64,000 nt of DNA, from contig NC_059432.1 in the NCBI RefSeq assembly GCF_021028975.2, positions 81,034,001-81,098,000 on the forward strand, read 5' to 3'. This document shows, one piece after another, positions 51,101 through 63,218 of the stretch. The notes below the pieces were generated by a model. The model was not told the DNA's origin. It was given only the letters and a program-made list of their open reading frames with translations, and searched no databases. Positions within the stretch are counted from its first letter, which is position 1; each line of letters opens with the position of its first letter. Both the position numbers and the translations under genes were made by a program. Origin of the DNA: Sphaerodactylus townsendi. Taxonomy: Eukaryota.

Positions 51101-54100
51101 AACATGTAAGCTACTTAAAGGTAGCTTATTGGCTGGCTGGGGGGACGAGGATTGTCTATTTTTTTTTCTATGTGCACAGAATATTCCATATATAGCTGCA
51201 AAAATGGGAAAATATGGCTTGGAGGGAGACAGGAGCCCTTCCTTCCGCCATATACCAAAATTGGTTCTCCTTTACTTTTGAAAGGCCAATAACCACCACA
51301 CAAACAAAAGCTAGACTAATAACTGTTCTGTGCACCCAGGAGCTGATAACTGAAACTTTATAACTTAATGAGCCCAGCAAAAGCTCTGAGATTCCGCTAA
51401 ATAGTCTCTTTACTGAACGTCATTATTTCCCTCATACCTAGTAGTGGATAAAAGTTACTGAGGATTTTTTTCCATATCCTTTTTCCCTGATGTGTCATAT
51501 TTATATCTGTTTAGAAGGCCACTTGGGTTCAGTCTGTCAGGAGATGGTTGGGGTAGAAACCACACTGGTTGAATGATACATGCCTCCTCTCTTTAAATGG
51601 CTTTAAAAACCCCAACCTTCACAACACATTAAAACAGGAGCACGGAACCAAAATAATATTGGGGGAAGGAACCTTGGTATGTGTGAATCAAAGTAGGACT
51701 GGGCCGGCAGGGTTTAAAAGATTCCAAAAGCACTGCATTTTTAAAAAGCTGAAAAATTATTAGTATTGTAAGAACATTGAATTTTACCTAGCGATAAAAG
51801 GTAAAACTGTTTCCTATGTTTTAAAATAAACAGTACAAAAGTACAAAAAAATCTTTTCACTTTTTTCAGTGTTGCATTTCTCTTCCTGTAAATATTCAGG
51901 ATGTCACACAAAGATATGCACATGTTATCCATGAGGAGGTGATTTTGTATTGTAGATAAGATGGAGAAGGTCAACTTAGCTGACCATGCTTTAAAATCTA
52001 GTCAATATAAGCAGGTTTCATGATAAATTGCCAGTCTTCAGAATCTATTTTAAAGTTGCCATGACTAATGGGTACCGAGGTTTTTGCATCCTGGTTTATG
52101 ATTATCTGTTAAAATTAGATTATTTAGTTAGTTTCATATATAAGCATGTTCTGAGATGAGCATTCCTTACATAGGAATTTAATCATGAGAGTTTAGTTGA
52201 ACCCACACCAGGCTAGGTCATGATTTTTACATTAAAAATTGTGTTTGGAAGGGATACATTACATAAAATTATTTCACTAAGTAGACAGTTATATATACCT
52301 TTTAAATTTTGGTGAAATCAATAATTCCTGACAAATAAAATAACACGATAAAACTGATAAATATATTTGTCAGAAAAAATGATATTTCTCAAGGTTTATC
52401 TGGAATTAATGTGAAGTGAGAACAACAAAATATCATGAATAATTCACATTAGGCATTTAGAGTCTGATGGCTGAGGATGTCTTCAGAAGTTGTGGAGAAG
52501 TTGATTGACCTCCTTGTAACAAAATACAAAAATCTTCCCTAATGACCATCACATCCATACATCCCGGGGGTTCTGAATTGTTCACAGACCTAAATTTTGA
52601 GGGTATGTTTCAGACAATCAGACTTTAAGTCATGGATGTGTCATAGCCAGTATGAGATGGTGCAAAAGGAAGATAGTATTCTGGTGGGTGAGTCCTCTCA
52701 ATCTCATGTCAAATCCCCAGACAGTCATGAAGTTCAGGGGAGAACCCTGGGCTAGACTGTCTTAGCCTAATCTGTGACACAGAGTGGTTATGAGAATAAA
52801 ATGCAGGGCACAGCCATGCCTGTCACATGCACTCCCTGAAGGGAAAGTGGCTTAACAGATAGGCTTAACAGTGGCTTAACAGAACAGATAGGCAAGAAGA
52901 GTGCTGTTTTGAAAGTCACCTAGTGCCGAACTGGGAGATTTTGAAAGATGGACCTCTGCAGTTTAAAAAAATAGCAATAGTTATTACGTAGCCTCTTGAC
53001 TTGTGTTGGGGTTTATTCTCCCCCGTGTAGTTTCATCATTTGAAATATAAACATCAGGATCACCTTCAGTGGAATTAGTTAGGATTTTCTTTTCTTCCAG
53101 GACTCATGTTGGTTCAAAAGGGAGGGTTGTTTTCATTTAAGCCCCTCTCACCTCACTTATGACAGTCTGAACTGGGACACATGTGGCTGCTATTTGTTTT
53201 ACAATGTTGAGAACATCCAGATCGCCTAGGGCCTCTTCTAATTTGGCTCTCTATCTCCTCCTTTGTAGACTTTGGTTTTGTGGTTGATGATGATACTGTT
53301 TTGGAAAGTAACTTGTCAATTAGTGTTTTAGAATGCATCAGCTTGTAGATGAAGAGAGGGAGAGACTGATTAGGAGATGTAGTAGAGCCCTACTTTATGG
53401 GTAATATTACTGTGTTGTCAATGTTTGCTGTGTTCCTTTAAAAAGAAAAATTACTGATATTCACAACCTCTAAGCTTCTGTATAGTGATAATATCACCTT
53501 TTATTTGTAATTAGTAGTGTGGCTGTGACTTTGATTAATATTTGTATTGACATGAAGCAAGAAAACTAAAACCCTTCATGTTCAACTTAGATACTGTGAC
53601 AGTTATTCATGCCTTTGTGCTTGAAGAGTTGCCTGTTGTATTATGAACCATGTAGAAATGCCCTTGGTTATTGTGTGGAGGCCTCAGCTTGTGAATATAT
53701 TGAGGGTGGGTTACAAAGAGCAGCTTCAAGTGTTCTGACAGGTGCAGTACCATGTGGGTTTCTTTGAATAGTCTGGACTTTGCATACCTGACATATTATC
53801 ATGTATTCAAAGTTCTGCCACAGTTTCTAAGGTTTACTACAAAGGCCTTTCTGTCAGCCTTGTCTGTATTCCCAGTCGTTCACTTCCACTTTGCAGAATG
53901 GACTGCCTGAGGAGGTCAGGAAGGTTCCCATCTTTCTGTTATTCTGCAGTATGTATAAAACCCAGTTGTTCAGGAGGGCATTTCCATAAAGATAGTAGAG
54001 TTGTAGTAAAATGAAATTGTTCTGCAGGATACTTTTGCAAAGGGATACTCTTTATTTTTTAAAAATTCTGTTTTACAGCACTGTTAATGTCTATAATTCA

Positions 54101-55702
54101 GTTTTTGCATTTCTTATGCCATCTTTCGATACACTTATTGCGTTTTCCCCTTGATTTTGTATTCCAGTGTTATTATATTTATATATTGTCCCTGATAAAC
54201 GAATAAACAAATTATGTGTGGACTCAAACCATTTTCAGCAACAGATAGAAATTAAAAAGGCACTGATTTCTAATCACAACCTCTTTCTTAAAGACCGCAC
54301 TGTGCAGTGTACTACACGATGTAGTGTAGTGGTAAGACTGTCCAACTAGCATTTGGGAAACCTACAGGCAGCACAGGACAGGACTGACAAAAGAAGGAAG
54401 ACTCTGGCAGTTTAAGGCCGTCTTTCCTTTTTAACCTGAGACCACAGGAAATAGACAAGGATTGTGTTGAGGAGGGCACCAGAGGCAATGCTGGGGGAAG
54501 TGTGTATACAGCTCCCATGGTTCTTCTGATTTTAAATTGCCAGCCTCAGGGGTGACAGATACAATTACAAGATTGTGCACACTTCAGAAATAGGAGCCAC
54601 TGCACTTGGGGGAGCTTATTTGTGATAGTGTGATTTGTGATTAGAGACTTAACCTGGGTGGAGACCGGGCGGGGGGGGGAGAGTGTAGAAAGAGTTTTCA
54701 TAAGGAGGGGGGACTTTATGTTGCAAGTGGACAAATGATTAGAGAACTAACTGGCAGAGATGGGATGTGGATGGCCAAACCACAGGAGGAAAGAGAGAAG
54801 GCAGGTCATGCCTATTATGCTGAAGATGACTCCTGTGTGCCACTTAAGAAGCAGTCTTAAGAACCCTGTCCTGGAAGTCAGCCCCTCTGAATAAAATTGG
54901 ACTCTGAAGAGCTGACTATTTAATAGTGCTCTTAAAGTGATCACTGTGACCATTTATTCACCCCTGTGCTGATCCTCACCATGTTCATGGAAAGAGATGG
55001 CCATTGCAGGGTAACGGTTAAGTGTGCTGGACTTCACATCCCACACTGTTGTGAACTTTTCTAAGTGACTTTGGGCCAATCACACTCACTCTGCCCAACC
55101 TACCTTTCAGAGATGTTATGACAAAATGGAGAATAAAAAAAATGTACACCACCATGACCTCTTGGAGAAAAGGCAGAATGGACATTACTTGTGGAATTCA
55201 GTTTGTGCAACAAATTATAGCATTTTATTTCATTGTTCTTTAATTTGTGTGATCCAGTTCTGTGACATAGTTAGTTATATGCAGTATACTTTTTTTTGCA
55301 TTGTCTTTTATAACTCTGTAATCCGCCTCCATTCTTTACAAGAATGGCAAACAAGAAAAGAAATGAATGAAGTGAATGTAATAGCGATATAAAATATGGC
55401 ACTTGGATGTTGTAAACATATATAGTTACAACAAACCCCTCTTAAAAACTCTGTAAAAGGTAGATCTCCATGACTTGCCTCAGAATCCCACTGGTTTAGA
55501 TGTTTTTTAAACAAAACTAAATGATCAGTCAGCCTTTCTGATTTTTCTGTAAGCAGTGGGAGAAAGGAGATACCGTAGTTTTCAGATATGACTGCAAGTT
55601 AATAAGCTGGAAGAGACCTGTTGAATTGCATTGGAATAATGAGGGTGCAGAATGTATCTAATGAAGAGCAGTGCATCTCACAAAAGGTTTATTTCCTTTT
55701 AG

Positions 55703-55791
55703 GAGCTCTTTTGGAGGACATCTGGCAGGTATTCTTGTTGGATTGATATACATTAAAAGTCCTTTGAAGCCAGTCATGGAAGCATGTGCAG
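55703..55791 (+). CDS. RHBDD1: RHBDD1 coding exon 3 (89 nt)
   Basis: Acceptor ccttttag|G; encodes (R)SSFGGHLAGILVGLIYIKSPLKPVMEACA with the catalytic His at codon 195; donor G|gtacag. Not in the ORF track. Confidence 0.95.
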
Positions 55792-57992
55792 GTACAGAAT
55801 ATTAATTTGGCAGAGAGGAAGAATTCACAATACAGTTTAATCTTGAATTTAACCCTATTTCTTAATATGTATTCTAACTTTTCAGTATTTATATGATGTT
55901 CCGGCCAATAAGTTTTTTCCATTTTTTTCTACCATTGTTTTCCCATTAAACTTTTGTATACTATAACTCTCTTTTAAAGATAGGAAAACATGAATCCCTC
56001 ACAACTGCAGGCATACTTCAGTGCTTGAACTCTTTTCTTGTATATCAGTCACAATACCTTTTTATTACATGGCTTCACTTTATGTGATGTTCTTTATGGG
56101 GGGTGTATTCCTGCCTATGGAATCTGTGATCTTTACAGAAGAAAACCAAACACCCTTGAACAACCAGCACATGAATCAGCGGTGTTACTGTGACCAAGTT
56201 TGAATGATCAGCTTTGTTCGAGCTTTTATAGCTAAAGCACAAGTGAATTGAGTTATAATCACAGCCCTCCACGAGTTCCATTGTTTTTCATATTTTAATC
56301 TAAAAGCTACGTAAACATGCATTTGAAAGCCTGGGTTCCCGTATACTAACATGGCAGGTAATGATCAAAGGAATTGGGTGTTTTGGTGGCTTACCTTTGC
56401 TCTTCTGTTTCTCATACAACCACTGTTGCTTCTCTTGGCTATTTTTGCTTGGAAGGATCTCTACACTTGTCCTACTTTCACTGCACAAATGCAGTATGGT
56501 TAGAGGAATTGAGAAGCCTGGTAAAAGAGAGATCCATGCTATTGTAAGTAATCCTGGAGGCAAAACATTCAGATTCATGAGTCATTAGTCCCAGCTTCCT
56601 TCCTGGGTATCTTGTTTTTAGCTACTCTTTTATAGAGGGTACAAGACTGAGGAAATGCTGTACATTTTATCATTGGGTGGTTGAATCACCCACTACCTAG
56701 AGCTCACCTCCCCTCAATTTCAGAGGAGTATCCTTAGTGCAGGAGGATGTTGTCCATCATCCAAGAAAGAGTTTTCATTGGAGAGGTATCTCTCTTCAGA
56801 CTGATGCCTTCCACCATCAAGACCTTCGATCTCCATGACAGCAGAAAAGCTATCAGCACAGGGGTAGAACTGTTCTACTAGGTTCCTGAAGGTCTCAGCC
56901 ACATACTTATTTCACTCTCTTTCTTCCTCAGTTTCTCCAGAACATATATCTGCTGCTAAAAAGAAATTCTGGTTTATAGCTACTCTTTTGTGTTGATTGC
57001 TAAATCATATAAATTGCAATTCCAATGTTAACTTTCCTTGGTGCCAAATAATTTCTTTGCTAGACTAAAGGGATCTCCTTAGTTAATGTAAAATATTATC
57101 ACTCATATTGAAAAAAACAGACATTTTTGTTTTATCTGTTGGCATACTGCGTATTATTGCTCTGTTATAACCGATAAAGAACAGTGGAGGGGAAAGGAGA
57201 AAATAGATTATGTGAAAGAATTAATAGAGGCAGTGAGAGGTTCCTGAAATAAGGATGCTGTCAAATTTTTCAAGATTGAATTTGAATATCCCTATTTCAG
57301 TTCTGCAGACAGAAGTGGATTCCTCACAGCATATTCATAACGAGTTGGAAAACGAGTCCTATGAGTCTTTATTTGTATATAATTTTTGTGTTTCTCCTAA
57401 CAGAATTTCTTGTATAAAGTGTACACATATCTGTTAATTAGCAAAACAGCATTTATATATACGCACAGGTAAAAGCAGGGAGAAATTCATACACAAATTC
57501 TGCTGCCCACCCCCCATTTCTCTGGCTTCTGACACCATTACTGTCTTGATACCTTGCTTGTTACAGAGCAATGAAGGGGTTTGGCGTTCTTTCTTTTGCA
57601 CTGGCAGATTGCTGCCTTGAAGAATATGACCCCCTGCCACCGGAGGTTGAATCAACTTGGCTCCATAATGAGACCAGGAAGAGCCCTGCAACCCCAGCCC
57701 CAAAGAACTGCATCCCTCACTTGAAATGTGTGGGAAAAGTGCAATGTGTTTAAAAGACTGGGTTGTCAATAACATGTCAACAACACTCAGGCAACCTTCT
57801 ATTGTCACCTAGACCCCTTAGCTTGCTGATGACCCACTGCATTCTAATTTGTATTGGATTTTAAGTGGCTAGATGTGCTGAAAGTCAGTTTTGGGAATAA
57901 AAACATATAGCAAATAATAAAATAATATTTTTAAAATGCTGATGAATATTAATTATATCCTTTTCCATTGATCTTATCTCTTACTTTCTCAG

Positions 57993-58016
57993 GTGAAAGA
58001 AACAGCGACGGCTCAA
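57993..58016 (+). CDS. RHBDD1: candidate 24-nt RHBDD1 microexon
   Basis: Long polypyrimidine tract ending ctttctcag|, donor CAA|gtacgt, phase 1 at both ends, reading GERNSDGS(R). Confidence 0.55.
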
Positions 58017-58327
58017 GTACGTAACTTTTATTCTCTTGTAAAATCTCTTCTAATGTTGTGTTTTTAATAGGAAAGAGGAATTTTAAATAGATTCCAGTCT
58101 TCCTACTCTGGAACCTTTCTAAGCTCAGATATATCATGGGTGTCATATGTGTGCATTTCTGTTCATACCTATTTTTGCAGCTGTCACTTCATTTCCCAGG
58201 CAATGCACCTTAAGTTGCTTAAAACAAAGAAAAAATGAATAAAAACACAAATGCACATATGTACACTTTGACTAAGGAGATTGCATATTCCTGGTAAAAT
58301 AAATGGGGATTTTGTTTAGAACCAAAA

Positions 58328-58470
58328 AAGAGCCCTGCTGGATCAGACCCATGGCTCATCTTGTCTAGCATCCTGTCTCACGCAGTCGCTAACCAGTTAC
58401 TCTGAAGGGCCAGCAACTGGGCATAGAGGTCAAGGCCCTCCTGATGTTGCCTCCTGGCACTGGTACTCAA
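58328..58470 (-). mobile_element. CR1 LINE 3' end fragment
   Basis: aagagccctgctggatcagacc...tctagcatcctgtctc matches the recalled reverse complement of a reptile CR1 3' end. Confidence 0.6.
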
Positions 58471-59046
58471 AAATTTATGTGTTAATCAGTTGAGGTGAGG
58501 GCTGAATCTGGTGCCCTTTTCCAAACCGCTGTTCTGTGAGATTCCAGTTAATGATCAGGCTACACAAGTGCAAAACCGATAGCTGAATTTGCCTGCAGTC
58601 TCAGGGATGTGATTCAGTACACAGCCAGAGTAGCTAGCTGATCCAGGGCAATAGTCTTTATATTTGTACTTTCACTGGGTTTGAGCCCCCATAGCCGTGG
58701 CTTCAGTGGTTACATCCTCAGCTGCTGCGTGCTGGTCAACTGAAGAACTGTTTGGTCCCCTGCTACAACTGACTATCATCCGCACCTTTAGAATTTTGGT
58801 CTTTTCAGGATGTTCTGGTAATGTCCTTACTTTTGTAGGAGTTTTGTGGAACTCTTTTCTCTGTGTGAGTTTACACTTGAGTTTACACTTGAACCTCTGC
58901 GTGAGTTTACACTTGAACCTTTGGAGAAGTCCCCTCTCCTTGTTTTATTCTGAGGTTACCCCATCCTTATCCCAACTAATGCCCTGGCCTCCAGATCTTT
59001 TAGTCTCCCTCGCCACACACACACACTGCCTCCTGTCTGTCTATCC

Positions 59047-59194
59047 CAGGGGTAGGGAACCTGCGGCTCTCCAGATGTTGAGGAACTACAATTCCCATCA
59101 GCCCCTACCAGCATGGCCAATTGGCCATGCTGACAGAGGCTGATGGGAATTGTAGTTCCTGAACATCTGGAGAGCCGCAGGTTCCCTACCCCTG
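59047..59194. mobile_element. palindromic hAT-type MITE, 148 bp (copy 2, inverted relative to copy 1)
   Basis: 8-bp TSD gtctatcc (59039-59046, 59195-59202); one substitution relative to the reverse complement of copy 1. Confidence 0.92.
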
Positions 59195-59747
59195 GTCTAT
59201 CCTGTATGACCTCTTAAGGAAAGGATCTGGTCTGCTTACTCTCACATGGTTCCTCATCCCACAGCATCCCTGTCTCCTTCCTGGTTCTGTTTATATAGGC
59301 AGTGGCTACCATTACATCACTTCCAGTTGGCCAGAAAGTAGCACTTTAGGACCCGTTTGGCTGGTGGCTGGGCCTTCTTGTACTTTCTCATGCTTGGTCT
59401 AGCAGTAAGTGCAAATAGGATATTTAAAAAGAAAAAGTTTATGTACATGAGTATTTTCTCTTACAAATTTTAGCCTGAACATGAGAAAAATTTATGCTTT
59501 TATCTGGAAACAAGAATATAAAAGATGAAAATAGTATTTGTAACACGTAGGCCTTCTTGTCATTGTAGCCCACAGATTTTTTATAAAATATGTGTCTGAC
59601 AATTTCAGTTTAATATTTCTTATTTGCGCACAATTTATTCATTTATTCATTTCTTACTTGCTTAAAACACTTATTTCCTTCTAAAGTGATTTTAAAGATT
59701 CACTACCAGAATCATAGATTGATTTTTATTTTATTTTATCTGTATAG

Positions 59748-59867
59748 GGAGTTTTAGTTATTCTGGTTATCCGTCCTACACACCAAGAGACTATAATATG
59801 TACACTGATGGATTGAGTGAAGAGGAACAGTTTCAAAGGGCAATGAGAAACAGTCTGAATGATGCAG
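59748..59867 (+). CDS. RHBDD1: RHBDD1 coding exon with the ubiquitin-interacting motif (120 nt)
   Basis: Acceptor tgtatag|GG; encodes SFSYSGYPSYTPRDYNMYTDGLSEEEQFQRAMRNSLNDA (UIM SEEEQxxRAxxxSL); donor G|gtaaga. The final exon with the VCP-binding motif was not found in the window. Confidence 0.9.
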
Positions 59868-60664
59868 GTAAGAATCTTCCCATTTTGGCTATATTGAGAA
59901 TACAGGAATAATTTTTCATGTTTCTTCAGGGAAGGCTTACAGCCTTAAAAACAATATGGAGAGCCTCTTGAGTTTCTATTGTATTGCCCCTCAGTTCTTT
60001 CTATATTATATAGCATTACAATTTCTTCTTGACTGAGACTAGGATGTTCCTGGCCTGGTTCCTTCCAAGATTTGAGTTCATATGAACATCCCATTATAAG
60101 GAATGAAAATTTTCACAAAATTCAAGATATGCGTGAAATTTCTCACCTTCGTAGCAGGAAGTCACACACCCTTAACAACATAATGGGGTGGGGGGGGGTC
60201 TATGACTTTAAGCCACAGCTTCTTTACTTCTGTGCAGCATTTCCTGTGGTCATCGGCAGCTACAGGAATGGTCTCATCAAGAGCTTCAGGACAGCTAGAA
60301 ATTTGAATCATTACCATGAATCTGCTGCATTCTTGATCTGGTGTCCCTCTGGTTATTCTTTTCACCTCTCTTCTCAGAGGACTGTAATGCAGGCACTTTT
60401 CTGCAGGAAAATAATCTTGGTGGAGGATAAGTTTTTTAGAAGGCAGCGGGAGCCAGGATCTGCAAAAGACCTCTTGTGGGTAGTAACACCAAAGTACATG
60501 AAGCCTCAGATACAGAAATAAGGTACATATGCTCGGGTAGCATAGTGTACAGTAATTTGGTCTTATTTTCTCATACTGGGCATTTATATATATATTGCAG
60601 TAATGTTGAATACAACTAAGGAGTTTATTTATTTAGATTTCATGAATACAACAATTGGTACATT

Positions 60665-60776
60665 GGGGTGTTGCGTGGTTTCCGGGCTGTATGGCTGTGT
60701 TCTAGTAACACAGCCATACAGCCCGGAAATCACACAACATCCCAGTAATTCCGCCATGAAAGCCTTCAACAATGAA
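60665..60776. mobile_element. truncated Penelope-like terminal repeat in inverted arrangement
   Basis: Same family as 62505-63218; inverted arms of about 40 bp; flanking direct repeat tggtacatt (60656-60664, 60777-60785). Confidence 0.7.
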
Positions 60777-61689
60777 TGGTACATTTTCACTAAACTAGAA
60801 CTGATGCATTTTATTGGCCGTTGTGGCCATGGTCTAGTAGTTTTTACTCCTAATTAATCACCTGCCTCTATAGGCCTTAACAATACATTTTATGTTCTCA
60901 AAGCAGTAAAATAAGTTTTTGGTTTGATAAGAAATGAATATTGCAGATGTTTGAATTTTTCTCAGAACTTCTAGGGAGTTTTTTTGTGAAGGAAAATTAC
61001 CCCCCCCCTTTCAAAATTTCTGTAAAATGTATGTTTCTATCTGTGGAACAAGTATCTTGAAGCAATGAATAGATCTCATTTCTTCCTGCCCTGGCCAGCT
61101 GTATGATATTTCACTATAATATTGCTATTAGAATGTGGCTAACCTCAGACTGACTGAAATGATAACTTACAAAATACCTTCAAACCACATGTCTGGAACT
61201 AAAACGTATAACCTTGGTAAAAAGCTCAGAGAGTTACTTTAGACAACTTCATAAAATCTAGAATCAGTACAGGAATTAAGTTTCTATCTCCTATCCCCTG
61301 TTGAATGTATTTTACATAAAGTAGTTTAAAATGACTTTTTTTAGTTAGTCGCTTCCTGTTTCAAATGGCAAGATGTAGTTGCGTTCTCATTTGTAAATTC
61401 ACATTCACCCAGTTCCAAGGGCAAGTAAATCATCTGTATTATTACCATTAAAAGTCTTCTGGACATGAGTGATTTGATTTTTATATATTTATTCAAAAGA
61501 CTGTATATATAAAATAACAAAATGCAAATACATAAATGGGAAGGATTGCTAGTGAGGGAACAGTGAACGAAACAGGAAAATCTTCAGTGGCTAATAGAAG
61601 ACAGTCATAGATGGACAAACAGATCTCCCTGGAATTTCACAAGTTTGGTCTATTCCTGAGAAAAAGCATTATTGGTTTGCTACCCGTTA

Positions 61690-62390
61690 TTGGGTTTCAG
61701 AGGCACCTAAAGCAGGCCCTCCAAAGACTGTAGTGATCGAGTTGGTTGATATGGGAGTAGGCAATCTGTGTAGTATTGTGGCCTCAAGCCATATGTGCTT
61801 TAAGATCAATATTAGCATCTTGAATTGTGCCCAGAAGCAAATTGGCAGCCAGTGTAGGTAAAACAACTCATTTCAATCAGCATTCTAGTGACATCATTCT
61901 GTGCGAACTAGCTTTTTGGGCACTTCATGGACAGCCCTTTGTAGAGCACATTGGAGTGGTCTTGTCTAAATGCTTCCAGGACATGCATCACAGTGGTGAG
62001 ATCTTATTTTCATAGGAAAAATTGCAGCTGGCTCACCAGCTGAAACTGGAGAAAGGAGATCCTGACCACCACTCCCATCTGCTTGTCCAACAAAAGTCCA
62101 GCAGCAGCCCAAGCTATGGACCTGCAAATCTGGATGGAGTGTGAATCCATCCAGAACAGGAAATATCTGAATTCCTGGGTGAATCATTCTGCTAGTAGTA
62201 CATACATTTTGTCCAGATTAAGGTTCAGTTTGTTTGCCCTCACTCATCTCAACACTGCCTCCTGAGTCTGGTTCATGGTTTCCCAGCCTCCCTGGGATTC
62301 GTTGGAAGCACTAGGTAGAGCTGAGTGTCATCTGCATTTTGACAGTAAACTAGCCCAATCTTCAGATGACTGTTCCCAGTAGTTTAATAT
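61690..62390 (-). mobile_element. decayed L2-clade LINE fragment
   Basis: The minus strand gives ADDTQL and NKLNLN remnants. Confidence 0.65.
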
Positions 62391-62504
62391 TATTATATAC
62401 ATTCGCAAGAGCAAGAAAAGTTTAATCTATATGATCCTATTTTTTAATTAAATTACAATAAACTTTGTTTGAAATGTTCAAAATAGCTAAGTAATACAGC
62501 CATT

Positions 62505-62636
62505 GTATTGTCGAAGGCTTTCACGGCCAGAATCACTGGGGTGCTGTGTGGTTTCCGGGCTGTATGTCTGTGTTCTAGCAGCATTCTATCCTGACGTTTC
62601 GCCTGCATCTGTGGCTGGCATCTTCAGAGGATCTGA
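62505..62636 (-). mobile_element. Penelope-like element terminal fragment
   Basis: Homologous to 62996-63218; flanked by the direct repeat agccatt (62498-62504, 62637-62643). Confidence 0.75.
62588..62632 (-). ncRNA. minimal type I hammerhead ribozyme motif
   Basis: Minus strand: AUCCU-CUGAAGA-U-GCC(loop)GGC-GAAA-C-GUC-AGGAU, giving a 5-bp stem I, an intact core and a palindromic ACGU stem III. Confidence 0.7.
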
Positions 62637-62995
62637 AGCCATTTTCTTTGGATGTTTACAGAGCTCTGGGGAGGGTATCCATTGATCATTAACTTCAGTG
62701 GATCTAGAAAGCTGTAACTTGGCTTAAGATAGCACTGTTACATTCCAGGATCAATCTGAAAACAGAATGTATTGTAAAACATTGTATTCCACGAATAAGC
62801 ATAAAAATATACTCACAGGTAGGCCTCCTGTGACTCTGGTCCTCTCATTGGTGTTCACATTGGGGAGACTGGCTTGTGCTTATTTTGTGCACAGTCCCAC
62901 AGGAAGTAGGAACTGGTCAGACAAGAAATGCTATAGGGCAGCTATGTAACAAAATGATTATGTTAAAAAAAAATCCTCAAAGCAATAAAAAGTTA

Positions 62996-63218
62996 ATGTA
63001 TTGTCATAGTCTTTCATGACTGGAATCACTGGGGTGTTGTGGGTTTTCTGGGTTGTATGGCTGTATTCCAGTAGCATTTTCTCCTGATGTTTCACCTGCA
63101 TCTGTGGATGGAATTTTCAGAGGATCCTCTGAAGATGCCAGCCACAAATGCAGGCGAAACGTCAGGAGAAAATGCTACTGGAACACGGCCATACAGCCTG
63201 GAAAACCCACAACACCCC
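62996..63218. mobile_element. Penelope-like element terminal repeats in inverted arrangement
   Basis: Inverted arms of about 95 bp centred on GGATCC at 63122-63127; imperfect flanking repeat aataaaaagtta / aatgaaaagtta. Confidence 0.75.
63125..63167 (+). ncRNA. minimal type I hammerhead ribozyme motif
   Basis: UCCU-CUGAAGA(63129-63135)-U-GCC...GGC-GAAA(63156-63159)-C-GUC-AGGA; predicted cleavage after C63163. Confidence 0.7.

Noticed and set aside
58809-58817. Possible 9-nt in-frame microexon (ttttcag|GATGTTCTG|gtaatg)
   Set aside because: Short pyrimidine tract and no homology support; easily a chance match.
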